Assembly (NCBI RefSeq): GCF_009834535.1
Contig: NC_045696.1
Span: 114,578,001 to 114,642,000 of the forward strand
Source: Camelus ferus
Taxonomy: Eukaryota
Length of the DNA stretch: 64,000 bases
Direction of reading: 5' to 3'
Shown: positions 25,297-36,660 of the stretch, in pieces
How the letters are laid out: every line of letters begins with the position of its first letter
Position numbering within the stretch: position 1 is the first letter of the stretch
Made by a program: the position numbers and the translations under genes
The notes under the pieces: model-generated
Seen by the model: only the letters and a program-made list of their open reading frames with translations
Told to the model about the DNA's origin: nothing
Database searches by the model: none

Positions 25297-25347
25297 TCAT
25301 CCCTTAAGTATAGTTTAGATTGTCATCCCTTAAGTTAGTTTAGATTG
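25297..25347 (+). repeat. 26-bp tandem duplication
   Basis: TCATCCCTTAAGT(A)TAGTTTAGATTG twice, differing by a 1-bp indel. Confidence 0.9.
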
Positions 25348-25354
25348 TTAGCCT

Positions 25355-25557
25355 ATGAGAAAACTACAGCTTATGAACCAAATCTTCCCCACTGCCCATT
25401 TTCGTATGACCAAGAGCTGAGAACAATTCTTACATTTTGATGATTGGGAATACTACATTTGGATACAAATGAAGTGATATGGCCTCTTGGCCCACAAAGC
25501 CTAAAATATTTACTATCTGGCCCTTGACAAAAAAAAAAAAAAAGGTTGCAAACATCT
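25355..25557 (+). mobile_element. hAT-Charlie MITE (MER58A-like)
   Basis: AAACTACAGC...CCAAATC...; TGGCCCACAAAGCCTAAAATATTTACTATCTGGCCCTTGACAAAAA...GTTG. Confidence 0.85.
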
Positions 25558-25832
25558 CATTTAAATGCATGTGTAATTAAATAATAAATTTAAGTAATTT
25601 TGTGACACATTTATTGTTTGTATTCCCACGAACGCTGGCTCATGAAGTTTACTGAATGTGAAATTTCTAAAAACTAAAGTCAAAGAATTTCAAAAGTCAA
25701 AATCAGACTGGATAATTAATTGACAGAGTGGTTCTAAAAATTGCATACACAAGAAAGTCATTTTTCTATTGGATTATGTCAGACAGATAAATCCATCAAT
25801 ACAAATGGCATTGTTAAAACAACCTAGGATTC

Positions 25833-26155
25833 TCCAGGGACTTCCACGTTGCTGCAAATGGCGTTATGTTGTCGGTTTTTATGGCTGAATAGTATTCCAC
25901 TGTATAAACATACCACATCTTCTTTACCCAGTCATCTGTCGATGGACTTTTAGGCTGTTTCCATATCTTGGCTATTGTAAATAGTGCTGCTATGAACACT
26001 GGGGATGCAGGCATCTTTTTGAAGTAGAGTTTGCATGCAACAATGAATATATGTATGTTCATGTATAACTGAAAAATTGTGCTCAACACTGGAAACTGAC
26101 ACAACATTGTAAACTGACTATAACTCAATAAAATAAAATAAAATAAAATAAAAAC
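25833..26155 (+). mobile_element. 5'-inverted (twin-primed) L1 insertion
   Basis: 25833-~26031 is antisense ORF2 C-terminal sequence ([16 protein letters not shown]...). ~26032-26155 is the sense 3' end with an (AATAA)n tail. 14-bp TSD ACAACCTAGGATTC at 25819-25832 and 26156-26169. Confidence 0.92.
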
Positions 26156-26269
26156 ACAACCTAGGATTCAGATTGGTCAGGGTCATTCTTGAAGTCCACC
26201 TGAAGTGAATTTCTGGAATATATTGTAAGCTTGGGGGCCGGCTTTCTAGCAGGCTTTTCAGAATTTAGA

Positions 26270-26395
26270 ATGAGCCCTGAATCCCCTGGAAATTGCTAAA
26301 ATGCTGATTCTGAAGTGGCAGGTCTGGGCTCAGCCTGAGACTCTGCAATTCTTGCAGGGATGCAAGGCTGCTGCTCTGTGGTTCGCGAGTCACCA
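26270..26395. mobile_element. hAT-Charlie MITE fragment (MER5-like)
   Basis: GAATCCCCTGGAAATTGCTAAAATGCTGATTC...CAGGTCTGGGCTCAGCCTGAGACTCTGCA. Confidence 0.65.
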
Positions 26396-27029
26396 AGAAA
26401 GAATCTGACTTCCCCACTTTTCCCTTGAGCTGTGATGCAGCTCGACTGCAGAGGCAGTGCTTTGCCCTTGAAAGCCAAGATCATAAAAATCACAAAACAC
26501 CTGGACCAAGTTTTTGTTTTCCTGACAACATTTTATAGCCCTGGCATTCCATCAATCAGAGATCGGTATGGAAATTATAAAGAACAATGGCCTCAGACGG
26601 TGTATGTCTACCTGGAGGCAAAAATGAGGGTCTGACGGCTGTACCCGTGAAATTACAAATGCCATCTATTAATCAGGCCATGCAAACAGCAGACAAATGC
26701 TGATGAAGAAAAAAAGTAGCAATCCGTAATAACCATAGATAACTTACATAGCCTGACAGAAGCTAATTGTTATTGGGGTTATACTAAAATTCCTCCCATC
26801 TGCGCTTGTAAGTACTGCCCTGTGCAGACTTCCCAGGATGGGAGATTATGCAAATCATTTGAGTTTTGATATTATTCTGATTTCTAAATTACACATTATC
26901 AGTAATAAAAGTGGTTTGCAAAAAAAGTAACCGATTGAATTAACAACTTTCTTTTTATTGAGAATTGAGTCAGTCTTTTGATATACTTACTTCTAATACT
27001 ACTTTTATAGGTTAGATTTTTAAAAAAAA

Positions 27030-27233
27030 GTTTTATATGTATATTTTTACAGAAGCATAATCAGTTTACAATGTTTTGTCAATTTCTGGTGTACAGCATA
27101 ATGTTTCAGTCATGCATGAAAATACATAGATTCATTTTCATATTCTTTTTCACCCTAAGTTACTACAAGATATTGAATATAGTTCCCTGTGCTCTGCAGT
27201 ATGAACTTGTTGTTTATAGATTTATTTATGTAG
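27030..27233 (-). mobile_element. L1 3'-end fragment
   Basis: CAGTTTACAATGTTTTGTCAATTTCTGGTGTACAGCATAATG...AAGTTACTACAAGATATTGAATATAGTTCCCTGTGCT. Confidence 0.9.
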
Positions 27234-28666
27234 AGGGTCTTCCTCCTTCTCTTCCTCCCTTGCTTCCTCCCTTTGTTCCTCCCTCTTTCTCCCACTTTTT
27301 CTTTTTGGGTTTTTTTTTTTTTTTTGGAAGAGATTTCCTGGTATTTAAGGCAGAAAGTCTTTGCTATTTATGTAATTCATGGTGACAGAGGAAAAAAATT
27401 CCGTCTTCTTCTTCTTTTTTTGATCCACCGTCACATAAAGAGATGATTTGTGGAGCTGAGAAAGATATGTCTATAAAGCATACCAAGAAAAAAGAATTTG
27501 ATGTTATTATTAATGAAGCAGGTGGCACATCTTTTCAAAATCTCATTTTAGCTGGGCAGTGATTTGCAATGAAAGCTGACATGTTCATTTTTGCCAGGCT
27601 AACAAACCCAAGGCCTATTGAAAGTGAGGACAAAAGGGGAAGAAAAAAAAAAAAACGAAGAAAAGAAAAAGAAAGAGAAAAAAAGTGAAAATCCTCTAAT
27701 AAGCCTGAGTTTTTGTGGCAGAATTTTTTTGTTGCTTTCCCTTTAGAAAGTGAATTCTTAGCTCTGTTTGCTGCCGCAATCTTGCTAGTATGATGGAGAT
27801 CAATCAGAGGTCATGAAGTTATTTGTAAGACTTTTCCCAAAAACTAATGGTAAGTAATTCTTAATTCAGGAATGGGGAAGTTGGAGGCACTCTCCTCTCT
27901 GTGGTTATTGTAAGACTTTGTTTTTTAGACTGAAAATGTAATTGCTTGGAGTAATTTGTGCTCAAAATTTCTGGGTTAAGCTACGACATACTTAGCTGTC
28001 GCAAAATGATGAACATATTTAATCTATTCATGGGCTCTTGATCAGATCACGTGACTGATCAGGGCACACAGGAGATAACTGACCTTTCAAAGTATTTTCA
28101 CACTAGATCTGTCTGGGCTATAATTCTTTCTCATTTTAACAGAATGGAGTTTAATACTTACGTTCTACTTAGAGTTAGTTCCCCCTTCAGTGAAAGAGCT
28201 ATCGTGAAATTGAATTTTTTTTCTTTTGTAACAAGCGTGGTCCATGCACTGGCTAGAAACTCTCTTTTCTTGCTGGAGGCAGTTCACACAGTAACTAATC
28301 CTAACACATCAATGGGTAGGAACCTTTTATAACATTAGGTTCACCAAGAGAGACTGAGTAATAAGAATTTGTATCTGATTTGGGGCCGAGATGCTAAAGA
28401 CCCTGGTCTAGTAGGACAGTTGCTTCAATGGCACCTGAAGATGAGGCTGACACCAAAGTGGTGTTCTGATTTCCAGATGAAATATATAATTCTGTGGGGC
28501 AAATGTTTTAGAAAAATCACCTCCCACTCTAGACCCTTATCATGTTCTCTTCAACTATATTTTAAAAAATTAAGTGCTAGAAAATAACAAATACAGAGCT
28601 TTACATCAGTTTTCCCTGTAGAATGTGGTTACCTCAAACTTCTAGAGCCTAACAAAGAGTAGGAGT

Positions 28667-28668
<2 letters not shown>

Positions 28669-28702
<34 letters not shown>
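28669..28702. repeat. (AC)n microsatellite at the 5' truncation point of an L1
   Basis: (AC)n runs directly into L1 ACAATGGAATACTACTCAGCC. Confidence 0.9.
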
Positions 28703-28705
<3 letters not shown>

Positions 28706-29150
28706 GGAATACTACTCAGCCATTAAAAAGAATGAAATAATGCCATTTACAGCAACATAGATGGACCTAGTGATGATCATACTAAGTGAAATAGGTCAGA
28801 CAAAGACAAACATAACATCCTATCATGTATGAGTGGAATCTAAAAAAATGACACAAGTAAACTTATTTACAAAACAGAAAGAGACTCACAGACATAGAAA
28901 ACAAACTTATGATTGCCAAAGGGGGAAGAAGGGGAGGATAAATTGGGAGTTTGGGGTTAGCAGATAGAAGCTACTATATACAGGATAGAGAAACAACAAG
29001 GTCCTTCTGTACAGTATCGGGAACTACATTCAGTATCTTGTAATAGCCTAGAATGAAAAAGAATATGAAAAATATATATGTATAACTGAATCACTATGCT
29101 GTGATTCAGCCAGAAATGAACACATCATTGTTAACCAACTCTACTTCAAA
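28700..29150 (+). mobile_element. 5'-truncated L1 (end of ORF2 plus 3' UTR)
   Basis: AATGGAATACTACTCAGCCATTAAAAAGAATGAAATAATGCCATTT...ACAGAAAGAGACTCACAGACATAGAAAACAAACTTATG...TATAACTGAATCACT. Confidence 0.92.
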
Positions 29151-31239
29151 ACACACACAGAGTGAGAACGAATTTGAGTTACCTTACCTAGCTTCATCAG
29201 ATGAAACTTGTCACAGGTATTGACATTTCAAATTAATGATCTCCTGTATCTATGAACTTTACTTGATAATCAATGTTACCCTTTGCCTCTCTTTAAGAAC
29301 TTTTTCTAGATTTTGTTTCTATTCTTTATGGCTTTTCAGAAGCAATATCCTTTGAAATGGAAACTATGTTGCTGATAGAAAATGTGTAGACAGCACATTC
29401 ATTTTCGTTTGTCTAGTAGTTCCAGAATCTATTTAATAAACTTATGGTCTGATCTACACAAACATGTGTGTCCTCCGTCTGCTGGGCTAGGGTTCAATAT
29501 GAAAGCTCTAGTGCGAAGGTAAGATACGTAACCCTCACTGTGGCAAAGATCCTTGCTTACCTTTCATTCCATCGCCACTGTGTCTCTCCAAATAGTCACC
29601 ACCAGAAGCTCTGTGAATGGTGGGAACAGTAGCATTTTTGTAGTTTAATTCTAGAATGACGAGCATTTGCACAGATCATTTCATATGCTCTATAGATGTT
29701 TCTAGGAATTAGCCATCGCTCTGACACAATTCTAAATTCCCCAAGGATCTGACCTGCCTTATGTTCCTCTGTTTTCCTTCTATTACCCTGGAATATTTGT
29801 TATATAATATTAAATTCTATTTTTGTTCACCTCCTTTCCCATATCACTCTCCTTCCTGCATACAACTGCTTCCAGATTAGCTCACAGAACAGCAAACCAT
29901 CTCTACAGCAGACATAATTGGTTCTGGCTAATTTTTACTGCTACTTGTCAGTTACTCCCTTCTGGGGAGTGAGTTTTCTTATATCCGAAATTACTGCTAG
30001 ATTTTACCTTCTGAATATGCACTTTTGTAGATGCCTAGGCTTTTGGCAGGTGAGTTTCACAGGTAAATATTTTGAATGGAATTCAGTGCTTTGGAAGATC
30101 GCCTGTGGGATCCCCAGAGCAGGAAAGGCACGTGTGTCAGGACCTTGGCTGCTCACTGGAGATTACGGCAAAGTTCCGATGGAAATCCACACTTTATCAA
30201 GACTCTGAACACTGACCTGGTAGTCTAATGCCTAAAGAATATTAATTCATCTTTAGGGAATAGTCTTGACCCCTCGGCTCCTTCCGTGATTTAAAGTGGG
30301 ACGACTGGAGAAATGAAGTGGAGAAAACATCGTCTTCACTGAAGAGCAATGATCCATGCCGATATTTTCCCATCATATTATCATACTACGCTACAATTTC
30401 TAATACCATGCTAAATATACTTTATCTAATTATGTTTTTGAATCTAAAGATGGCATCTTATTTACTGCTTAATATCTACACAAATACCAAAAAGAATATG
30501 CCACTCAACACATAATTCTCTGACTTTTTTTTTTCGCATTTGACATGAAATGGGACGATTATGTCCAGCTGTTCATACCCTGGTACAGTGGCACATTATT
30601 TTCTTCCAAAGACAGTCTATTCTTTTTCTTCCACTCTTTTGCACGCTGTCGCCAGCTGAAGAAACAGCTGTTTAAAGGAGTCGATTTTGAAGTCCATTAC
30701 CTCTGTAGCTTTGTACTTAGAGAGCTCATAAATTAAGCTTCCTACTAGTTTGCATTCTTCCCGAGGCCGACCTCCACACACCTGAAGGAGAACCATTCGA
30801 TCCTGTGGCTCTGTGAACACGCTTCTTCCCCCTTTGCCTGATGCTCAGAATAATAATGACAGCTCTATTAGGGTGGCATCACCCGTACTAAGAAGCTATT
30901 ACATTGCAGGCGCTTTTTCCATTGTGACTAAAGATAGCTTCTAAGTACGGAACGAAGAGTCAAGTGTCTAAACAGGATTAACCCTGCCATGGCAGAGAAG
31001 AAATACTCGTTTGGAAAACAAAGTAGTTGGCACAAAATGCCCAATGTAATGTGAATAATTTTAAAAATAGGCCCTGAACCAGTTTAAAATATATGCTAGG
31101 ATACAAATATATATATGGGATGTTTCTCTGAACAATCCCCAAGGATGAAAAATGAAAGAGTAATTATAAAAAGATAACGAAGCAGATAGCTTGTGATCCA
31201 TGAATCTGATCAATGAATCTTATCCTGATTAGAAAATTC

Positions 31240-31535
31240 AATATCTTACAGTAACTTATAGTAAAAAAGAATATGAAAACAAATACATGTATGTTCCTAT
31301 ATGACTGAAGCATTGTGCTGGACACCAGAATTTTTTTTTTACATTTTTGTTTATTGAGTTATAGTCTTTTTACAATGTTGTGTCAATTTCCAGCGTAGAG
31401 CACAATTTTTCAGTTATACATGAACGTACATATATTCATTGTCACTTTTTTTTCACTGTGAGCTATGGACACCAGAAATTGATACAACCTTGTAAACTGA
31501 CTATACTTCAATAAAAATATTAAAAAAAAAAAAAA
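31240..31535 (+). mobile_element. L1 3'-end fragment, interrupted by an opposite-strand L1 tail
   Basis: ATATCTTACAGTAACTTATAG...GAAGCATTGTGCTGGACACCAGAA [insert] ATTGATACAACCTTGTAAACTGACTATACTTCAATAAA plus poly(A). Confidence 0.9.
31331..31465 (-). mobile_element. Younger L1 3' end nested antisense in the previous element
   Basis: Poly(T) then ACATTTTTGTTTATTGAGTTATAG..., matching the terminus at 49095. TSD TGGACACCAGAA at 31319-31330 and 31466-31477. Confidence 0.9.
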
Positions 31536-31696
31536 AGAAAAAGAGAATACAACAATGTTCATGTTTGGGTAGGAAAACTTTCCCCCCAACAAGTGGTCTA
31601 ATATCTTATGTTTGCTTTAAGATTCATGGCACATTTCTTTGTCCAGCAGCTATTCTGAGAATAATAGATTCAGCTTTAGTGGGCTGGTTTTGAGGA

Positions 31697-31860
31697 CAGT
31701 TGACCCTTGAACAACACAGGTTTGAACTGCAAGGGTTCACTTCTACTCCTACATTTTTCGTTAAATACAACAGCACTGCATGATCCGTGGTTGGTTGACT
31801 CTGTGAATGTGAAGGAACTGCGGATACGGAGGGCAGATTCTAAGTTACAGGTGAATTACC
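31697..31860. mobile_element. TcMar-Tigger MITE fragment
   Basis: Tigger TIR CAGTTGACCCTTGAACAACACAGGTTTGAACTGC and ...GATCCGTGGTTGGTTGA...GCGGATACGGAGGGC. Confidence 0.8.
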
Positions 31861-32296
31861 ACCCCGTATCTCCAGTATCTGCCAAATCAGGAATCATTGC
31901 ATGGATGCTTACCAGCCATGTCTTCCTCGGCCTTCCCTTCTCCCCTAGTGTTGTTCCCTTTTAGATAAGTAATTGCTCTTCTGCACGTAACCTTGCAATG
32001 GCAGCTGTGGTAGCCAGAATGAATTCTAGTAAAAACTCAACATTGCAATGATTTTTTTTTTTTTTTGGTGCGGGAGGGCCACTGACCAGTGTCTGAAACA
32101 TATTCTTTTGGTTTAGGAATCTACAAGTATGTGAATTATGGTGAAAAGCAGAACGTGATCTCTCACTACCAGAGAAACAAAAAAGACCAGATGCCTGCTT
32201 TTCCTGACCTCTGGCATCTGGAGCTCAGGCAAGCAGACACTCTTGCCTGGGATTAAATTCAAGAATGAGGACATGAAAACTAGGAATGTTCTAGAA

Positions 32297-32795
32297 CAGC
32301 AGGTCTCAGAGTGTTGTCCAAGACCCCTTGTGTATCCGGGGCATCCACAACGTCAAAGCTAATTTCATAACAGTAGAACATTTTGCGTATGACTCATTTT
32401 ATCGCGAGTGTACAGTGGAGTTTTCTAGAGGCTACGTGACATGTGACATTGCAACAGATTAAAGGATGCAGAAGCTAACAGATTCCAGCTGTTGCTTAAC
32501 GAAGTCAGCCTTTGAAGAGATTATGCAAAAAATGTAAAACAATAACATTCTTCTCGCCCAATCTGTTTCATTCTGGAAAATATAGTTACTTATGTAAAAC
32601 TTTACATTAGCATGTAATGTTTATTATTGTTATTTTAAAATAAATAATATGTAAACATATTTTAACCTCTCTTTTAATTTCTAATGATTTTAGTATCAAT
32701 AGGTGAAACTCATGTAAACAAAAATTCTTTGGATTCCTCGGAAAATTTAAAGAACATAAAGGGGTTCTGTAACAAACACGCAAAAAACAACTAAA
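32297..32795. mobile_element. hAT-Charlie non-autonomous element (MER119-like)
   Basis: CGAGTGTACAGTGGAGTTTTCTAGAGGCTACGTGACATGTGA...GATGCAGAAGC...CCAGCTG, with a degenerate CAG..GGTCTCAGAGTG terminus. Confidence 0.7.
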
Positions 32796-33750
32796 CACGT
32801 GTGTATGAATGAGTGAATGGGTGAACGCTCTATTTCTGCAGTCTCCACCACTCTCTATTGCTCACTTCCCACGCATTTAGCTGTCAGTTTGTTTACCGTC
32901 ATGCCTCTACCATCGATGTTGTGTTAGGAATCCTCTCCCGAAGGTGGGAATGTACAAGGCAGACTGAGATCATTTTCCACTGTGCCCTCTGTCCTTGTGT
33001 GCTTTTTCTGTCTGGCCCTGGTAGGTATGTGGGTTGTGTATCCAAAATAGTTGTTTCTCAATTTGCAACTTTCTGCTCACAGAGTCTCTCCAGCTATCTG
33101 GTTTCTATTCCATGTCCCTAATAGCTTTTGTGTGGTCTGGGACATATTTCTGTCTACTGAGTCATGTCTAGATGTTTGTACCTTGGCTTCTTCTCTTCAG
33201 ACCCACACTTCAAAGATGAGGTCTGCCTAGATTTCACCTCTGAACTGGAAGTTTCAAGTCATCTTTTACTTCACTGTCTACAGCCCGTGTCCAGCCTCCC
33301 TAGATCAAAGCCTCTAACTGTAGTCAAGCCTGCAGCACAGCTAAAGAAACAAATCCTCCCATTGTGATTATTTGTGCAAGAACAAGTTATGTCAATAAAA
33401 AGGTGACAAATCTTTATCAAATTTTGAATGTCACAAAAGTCCTAGTACTACAACTTCATTTAATTTCTTACTTCAGTCATTTCTGGGTTTTAAAAATATC
33501 TGGACCTGCTTTCTTTATCTGCTACAGACTGAAGGCTTTAAACTAAAAGTGGAGCCGTTTTGAATTTCAGTAATGCGCTCTAGTTTCCTTTCGCCTACCA
33601 AACCAGTGCCCAGTTCTAAATCCAACTCTTTTTGGAAGGCCATTCGGACCACTGGGGTCCCATTGAGTTTACTCTTGTGTTATTACACTGGGCTGGAAAG
33701 AAAACACCCGCTGATTTCTCTTCTTGGCTTCATGTCAGTTTTGGTTTTGT

Positions 33751-33828
33751 TTCTCTTCCTTTCTTCCTCTCTCTCCCTGCCTTCTCTCCTTCCTCTTCCC
33801 TCCCTCCCTCCCTTCCTTACTTCCTTCC
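33751..33828. repeat. CT-rich low-complexity tract containing (CCCT)3CCC
   Basis: Near-pure polypyrimidine; 33798-33812 reads GGGAGGGAGGGAGGG on the minus strand. Confidence 0.9.
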
Positions 33829-34256
33829 ATACTCATCCAAAGAAGCTTCTTTCAAAAATATAATGTGGTTTGTTTATTACAGACTCATTCCGAGTGCACA
33901 TTCAATAGATCTCTTTCATTACTGTTTTTGAGATGTCAACTAGAGGCCATCAAAGTCAATGGCATTTCATTCATCTATTACCCAGTAATTGTTAAAATTA
34001 TTTACATGGATTTTTCCACTCCACTGTGTGCACGTATACATACATAATGTATATGAAAATAGAATAATGAATAAATGTCCCTAAATAAAATACCACAAGG
34101 ATGTGCTTAATGGTACTCTTAGCATGAGAATGTAGTATTGCTTATACCCATATTCAAAGTTCTGATTCTTCTAATTGAAATTTTAGTAGGGGAGAAAACA
34201 AGAGCTAGTGAATAAGAGGCTTGTAGCCCTTTCTTTCCTTTTATTTAGGTGAGGGA

Positions 34257-34845
34257 TGTATTGGTTTAGAATCTTTAGGTGTGAAGTCACAGAAAGTCTG
34301 ACCCAAATTGTTTTGAGAAAAAAAAAAATCATTGATACACATAAGTAGAAAATCAAAGGATGGGATTATGAAAATCAAAGGATGGGATTACTATGAGGCA
34401 CAGCTTAAAGCTGGCATTCAAATAATGCTACTGGGGTCCTGGTATCTTTTCTTTATCTCTGGACTCTGTTTCTTCTGTGTTGGCTGCACTCCAGGACGAG
34501 TTCTCCCCCCAAAAGTAGCAACGCCAGAGCACCCATCCTCTCAGGTTCATGTTTCAGTGGTAAAGGACCATAAACTCTGACCCAGAAGTTTTAGAAAAAG
34601 TTTCTGGGCACCCTGTAGGCTCTACCAGGGTCACACGTCTATGAGCAAGTCATTCACAGCAGCCGGGGGTGTGAGATGTTCTGACCGGGTGAGGTGAGGT
34701 CCCACGTCTGTCTCCCAAGGAGGAAGAATGGTTGGTTCCACTCACACCATATAGACTGAGAGTAGAGAAGGATTAATCTGCAGGAGTCAGTTAGGGTTTA
34801 GTCCCCAGAAGAAGGACACATCAATGATGAGTGGCAACAAATAGT
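34257..34845 (-). mobile_element. Old MaLR LTR (MLT1J/K-like) with an internal 22-bp tandem duplication
   Basis: TGTATTGG...GAAGTCACAGAAAGTCTGACCCAAA; GAAAATCAAAGGATGGGATTA occurs twice (34348-34368 and 34370-34390). Confidence 0.7.
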
Positions 34846-36277
34846 GACTTTTGGAAGGAAAATCTTTTTGCTGTTCATTTTATAATCTGTGCTCCACGTC
34901 CAGATCCCTGCATGGCGTCCTTTCCTATAGTGCACTGCAGACCACCTTGGCCCCTGTAAGATTCAGCTTCGTGCCAAGATCAATGCCACAGCTCTCCAGA
35001 CTTTCCCTTTATCTCTACCGGTATTTATTTTGTAGTAAAGCCAGATAGTAAATTAGATTTTTAGACATCAACTGTCTCTGGTCTTCTCAATAATAGTGTA
35101 AAATATGTATTATTCCATGTGATTTGCACATGAGGAAGTTAAGACTGAGAATCTCATGTAACTTGTACACAATTTCACAGCCCTTTAGTGGTAGTGCTGG
35201 AATTCCAATCAAGATGGTCTCACGTCAAAGCTTGTGGCCTAGCTCAATGTTCTAGAATCTGAAAATAAAGTCCAATGTGGAGATGGTTTACTATTCTCCT
35301 CCTTGAAACTGCTCAGGAGTTTAAGTCCTCTCCTGGTACTTTGCTGTGTAGTCCAGGGTTTATAGACCTAAAGTCTTCATTTATCATCGCCAAGTTTACC
35401 TCCACATACATCCTGTCCAAGAACTGGATTCCAGTGTCCTTTACCTCACCACAAGAGTCCTGCTGCTTCTGCTTGACTTTCTTGAAACTTCCAAGTTAGA
35501 TATTTAAACGTCACTCCCTTCCCCACATGGGATTCCCGTGACTCTGCTCTGGCTACTCACTGGGAAGACGATAAAAGTGGAAACATAATATACTGGTTAA
35601 GAGCCAAGGCTACACAATCTTATTATCAGGATTCAAAATTCAACTATGCCAACCCGCTGCATAATAGGATAATAATACCCACCTCAAAGAGTTTTTACGA
35701 GGCCATAAGAAGCTAATTGATGCAAAGAGGTATGTAAAGCACCTGGCCTAGGGTAATATGCCCAATAAATGAGAAGTAATGTTGTTGTTCCCACAATTAT
35801 TAGATCATTTCTTTAGGATAATCCATGTGTGGCTTTTCAGGAATAAGACTGTCAGCATGCCAAGCTAAGATTGGGTCACAGAGACATGGGAAATGTCCAT
35901 ATTCTATACACACATATGTCTCATCCCAGTATTGTGTACTGACGCATGCTCCGCTGTGTGCGCGAGTAAAACAGATTACTTTAATGGGTTTTTTAAAAGT
36001 TAATTAATATTTTTTCTGCTTGGGAAAAATATGTTATCCTTTTACTCTCTTTTCTTTCAAAATACTTTTGTTTTTCTTCTCTATGTTGCTTGATATACTT
36101 AGCAAGCTAAGGCATGCGTTAGGAGACATTTGGGATAATAAGAGCCAATATTCAGTGGCCAAGCACTTTATTTTCTTTGCCTAATTTCATCCTCTTAGTG
36201 ATGTTAAGAGCTTGTTGCTGCTGTTGACTCTCGTTGTAAAGACGGAGGAAGCAAGACCCAGAGAGAAAAAACTTTCT

Positions 36278-36582
36278 ATTTGTTTATTTATTTATTTTTA
36301 TATTCCACATATAAGCAATGTCATATAGTATTTTTCTTTCTCTTTCTGGCTTCACTTAGAATGACAATCTCCAGGTCCATCCATATTGCTGCAAATGGCA
36401 TTATTTTATTCTTTTTATGGCTGAGTAGTATTCCATTGTATAAATATACCACAGCTTCTTTATCCTGTCATCTGTCGATAGACATTTAGGTTGCTTCCAT
36501 GTCTTGGCTATTGTATATGATGTCGCTATGAACATTGGGGTGTATGTGTCTTTTTGAATCAGAATTTCTTCTGAATACATGA
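36278..36582 (-). mobile_element. L1 fragment covering the end of ORF2, lacking the 3' UTR
   Basis: Homologous to 49400-49690 (TTCCACATATAAG...TTTCTCTTTCTGGCTT...GCTATGAACATTGGGGTG). Confidence 0.9.
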
Positions 36583-36609
36583 CAAATAGGCTAAAATTAA
36601 AGAGTAGTA

Positions 36610-36660
36610 TAGTTGACCCTTGGAAAACACAGGGGTTAGGGGCATCAACCCTCTGAGCAA
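36610..36660. mobile_element. Tigger terminal fragment (MER8/Tigger2-like)
   Basis: TAGTTGACCCTTGGAAAACACAGGGGTTAGGGGCATCAACCC. Confidence 0.6.

Noticed and set aside
31697..36660. Two Tigger ends as one 5-kb transposon
   Set aside because: Both TIRs point the same way and no transposase lies between them.
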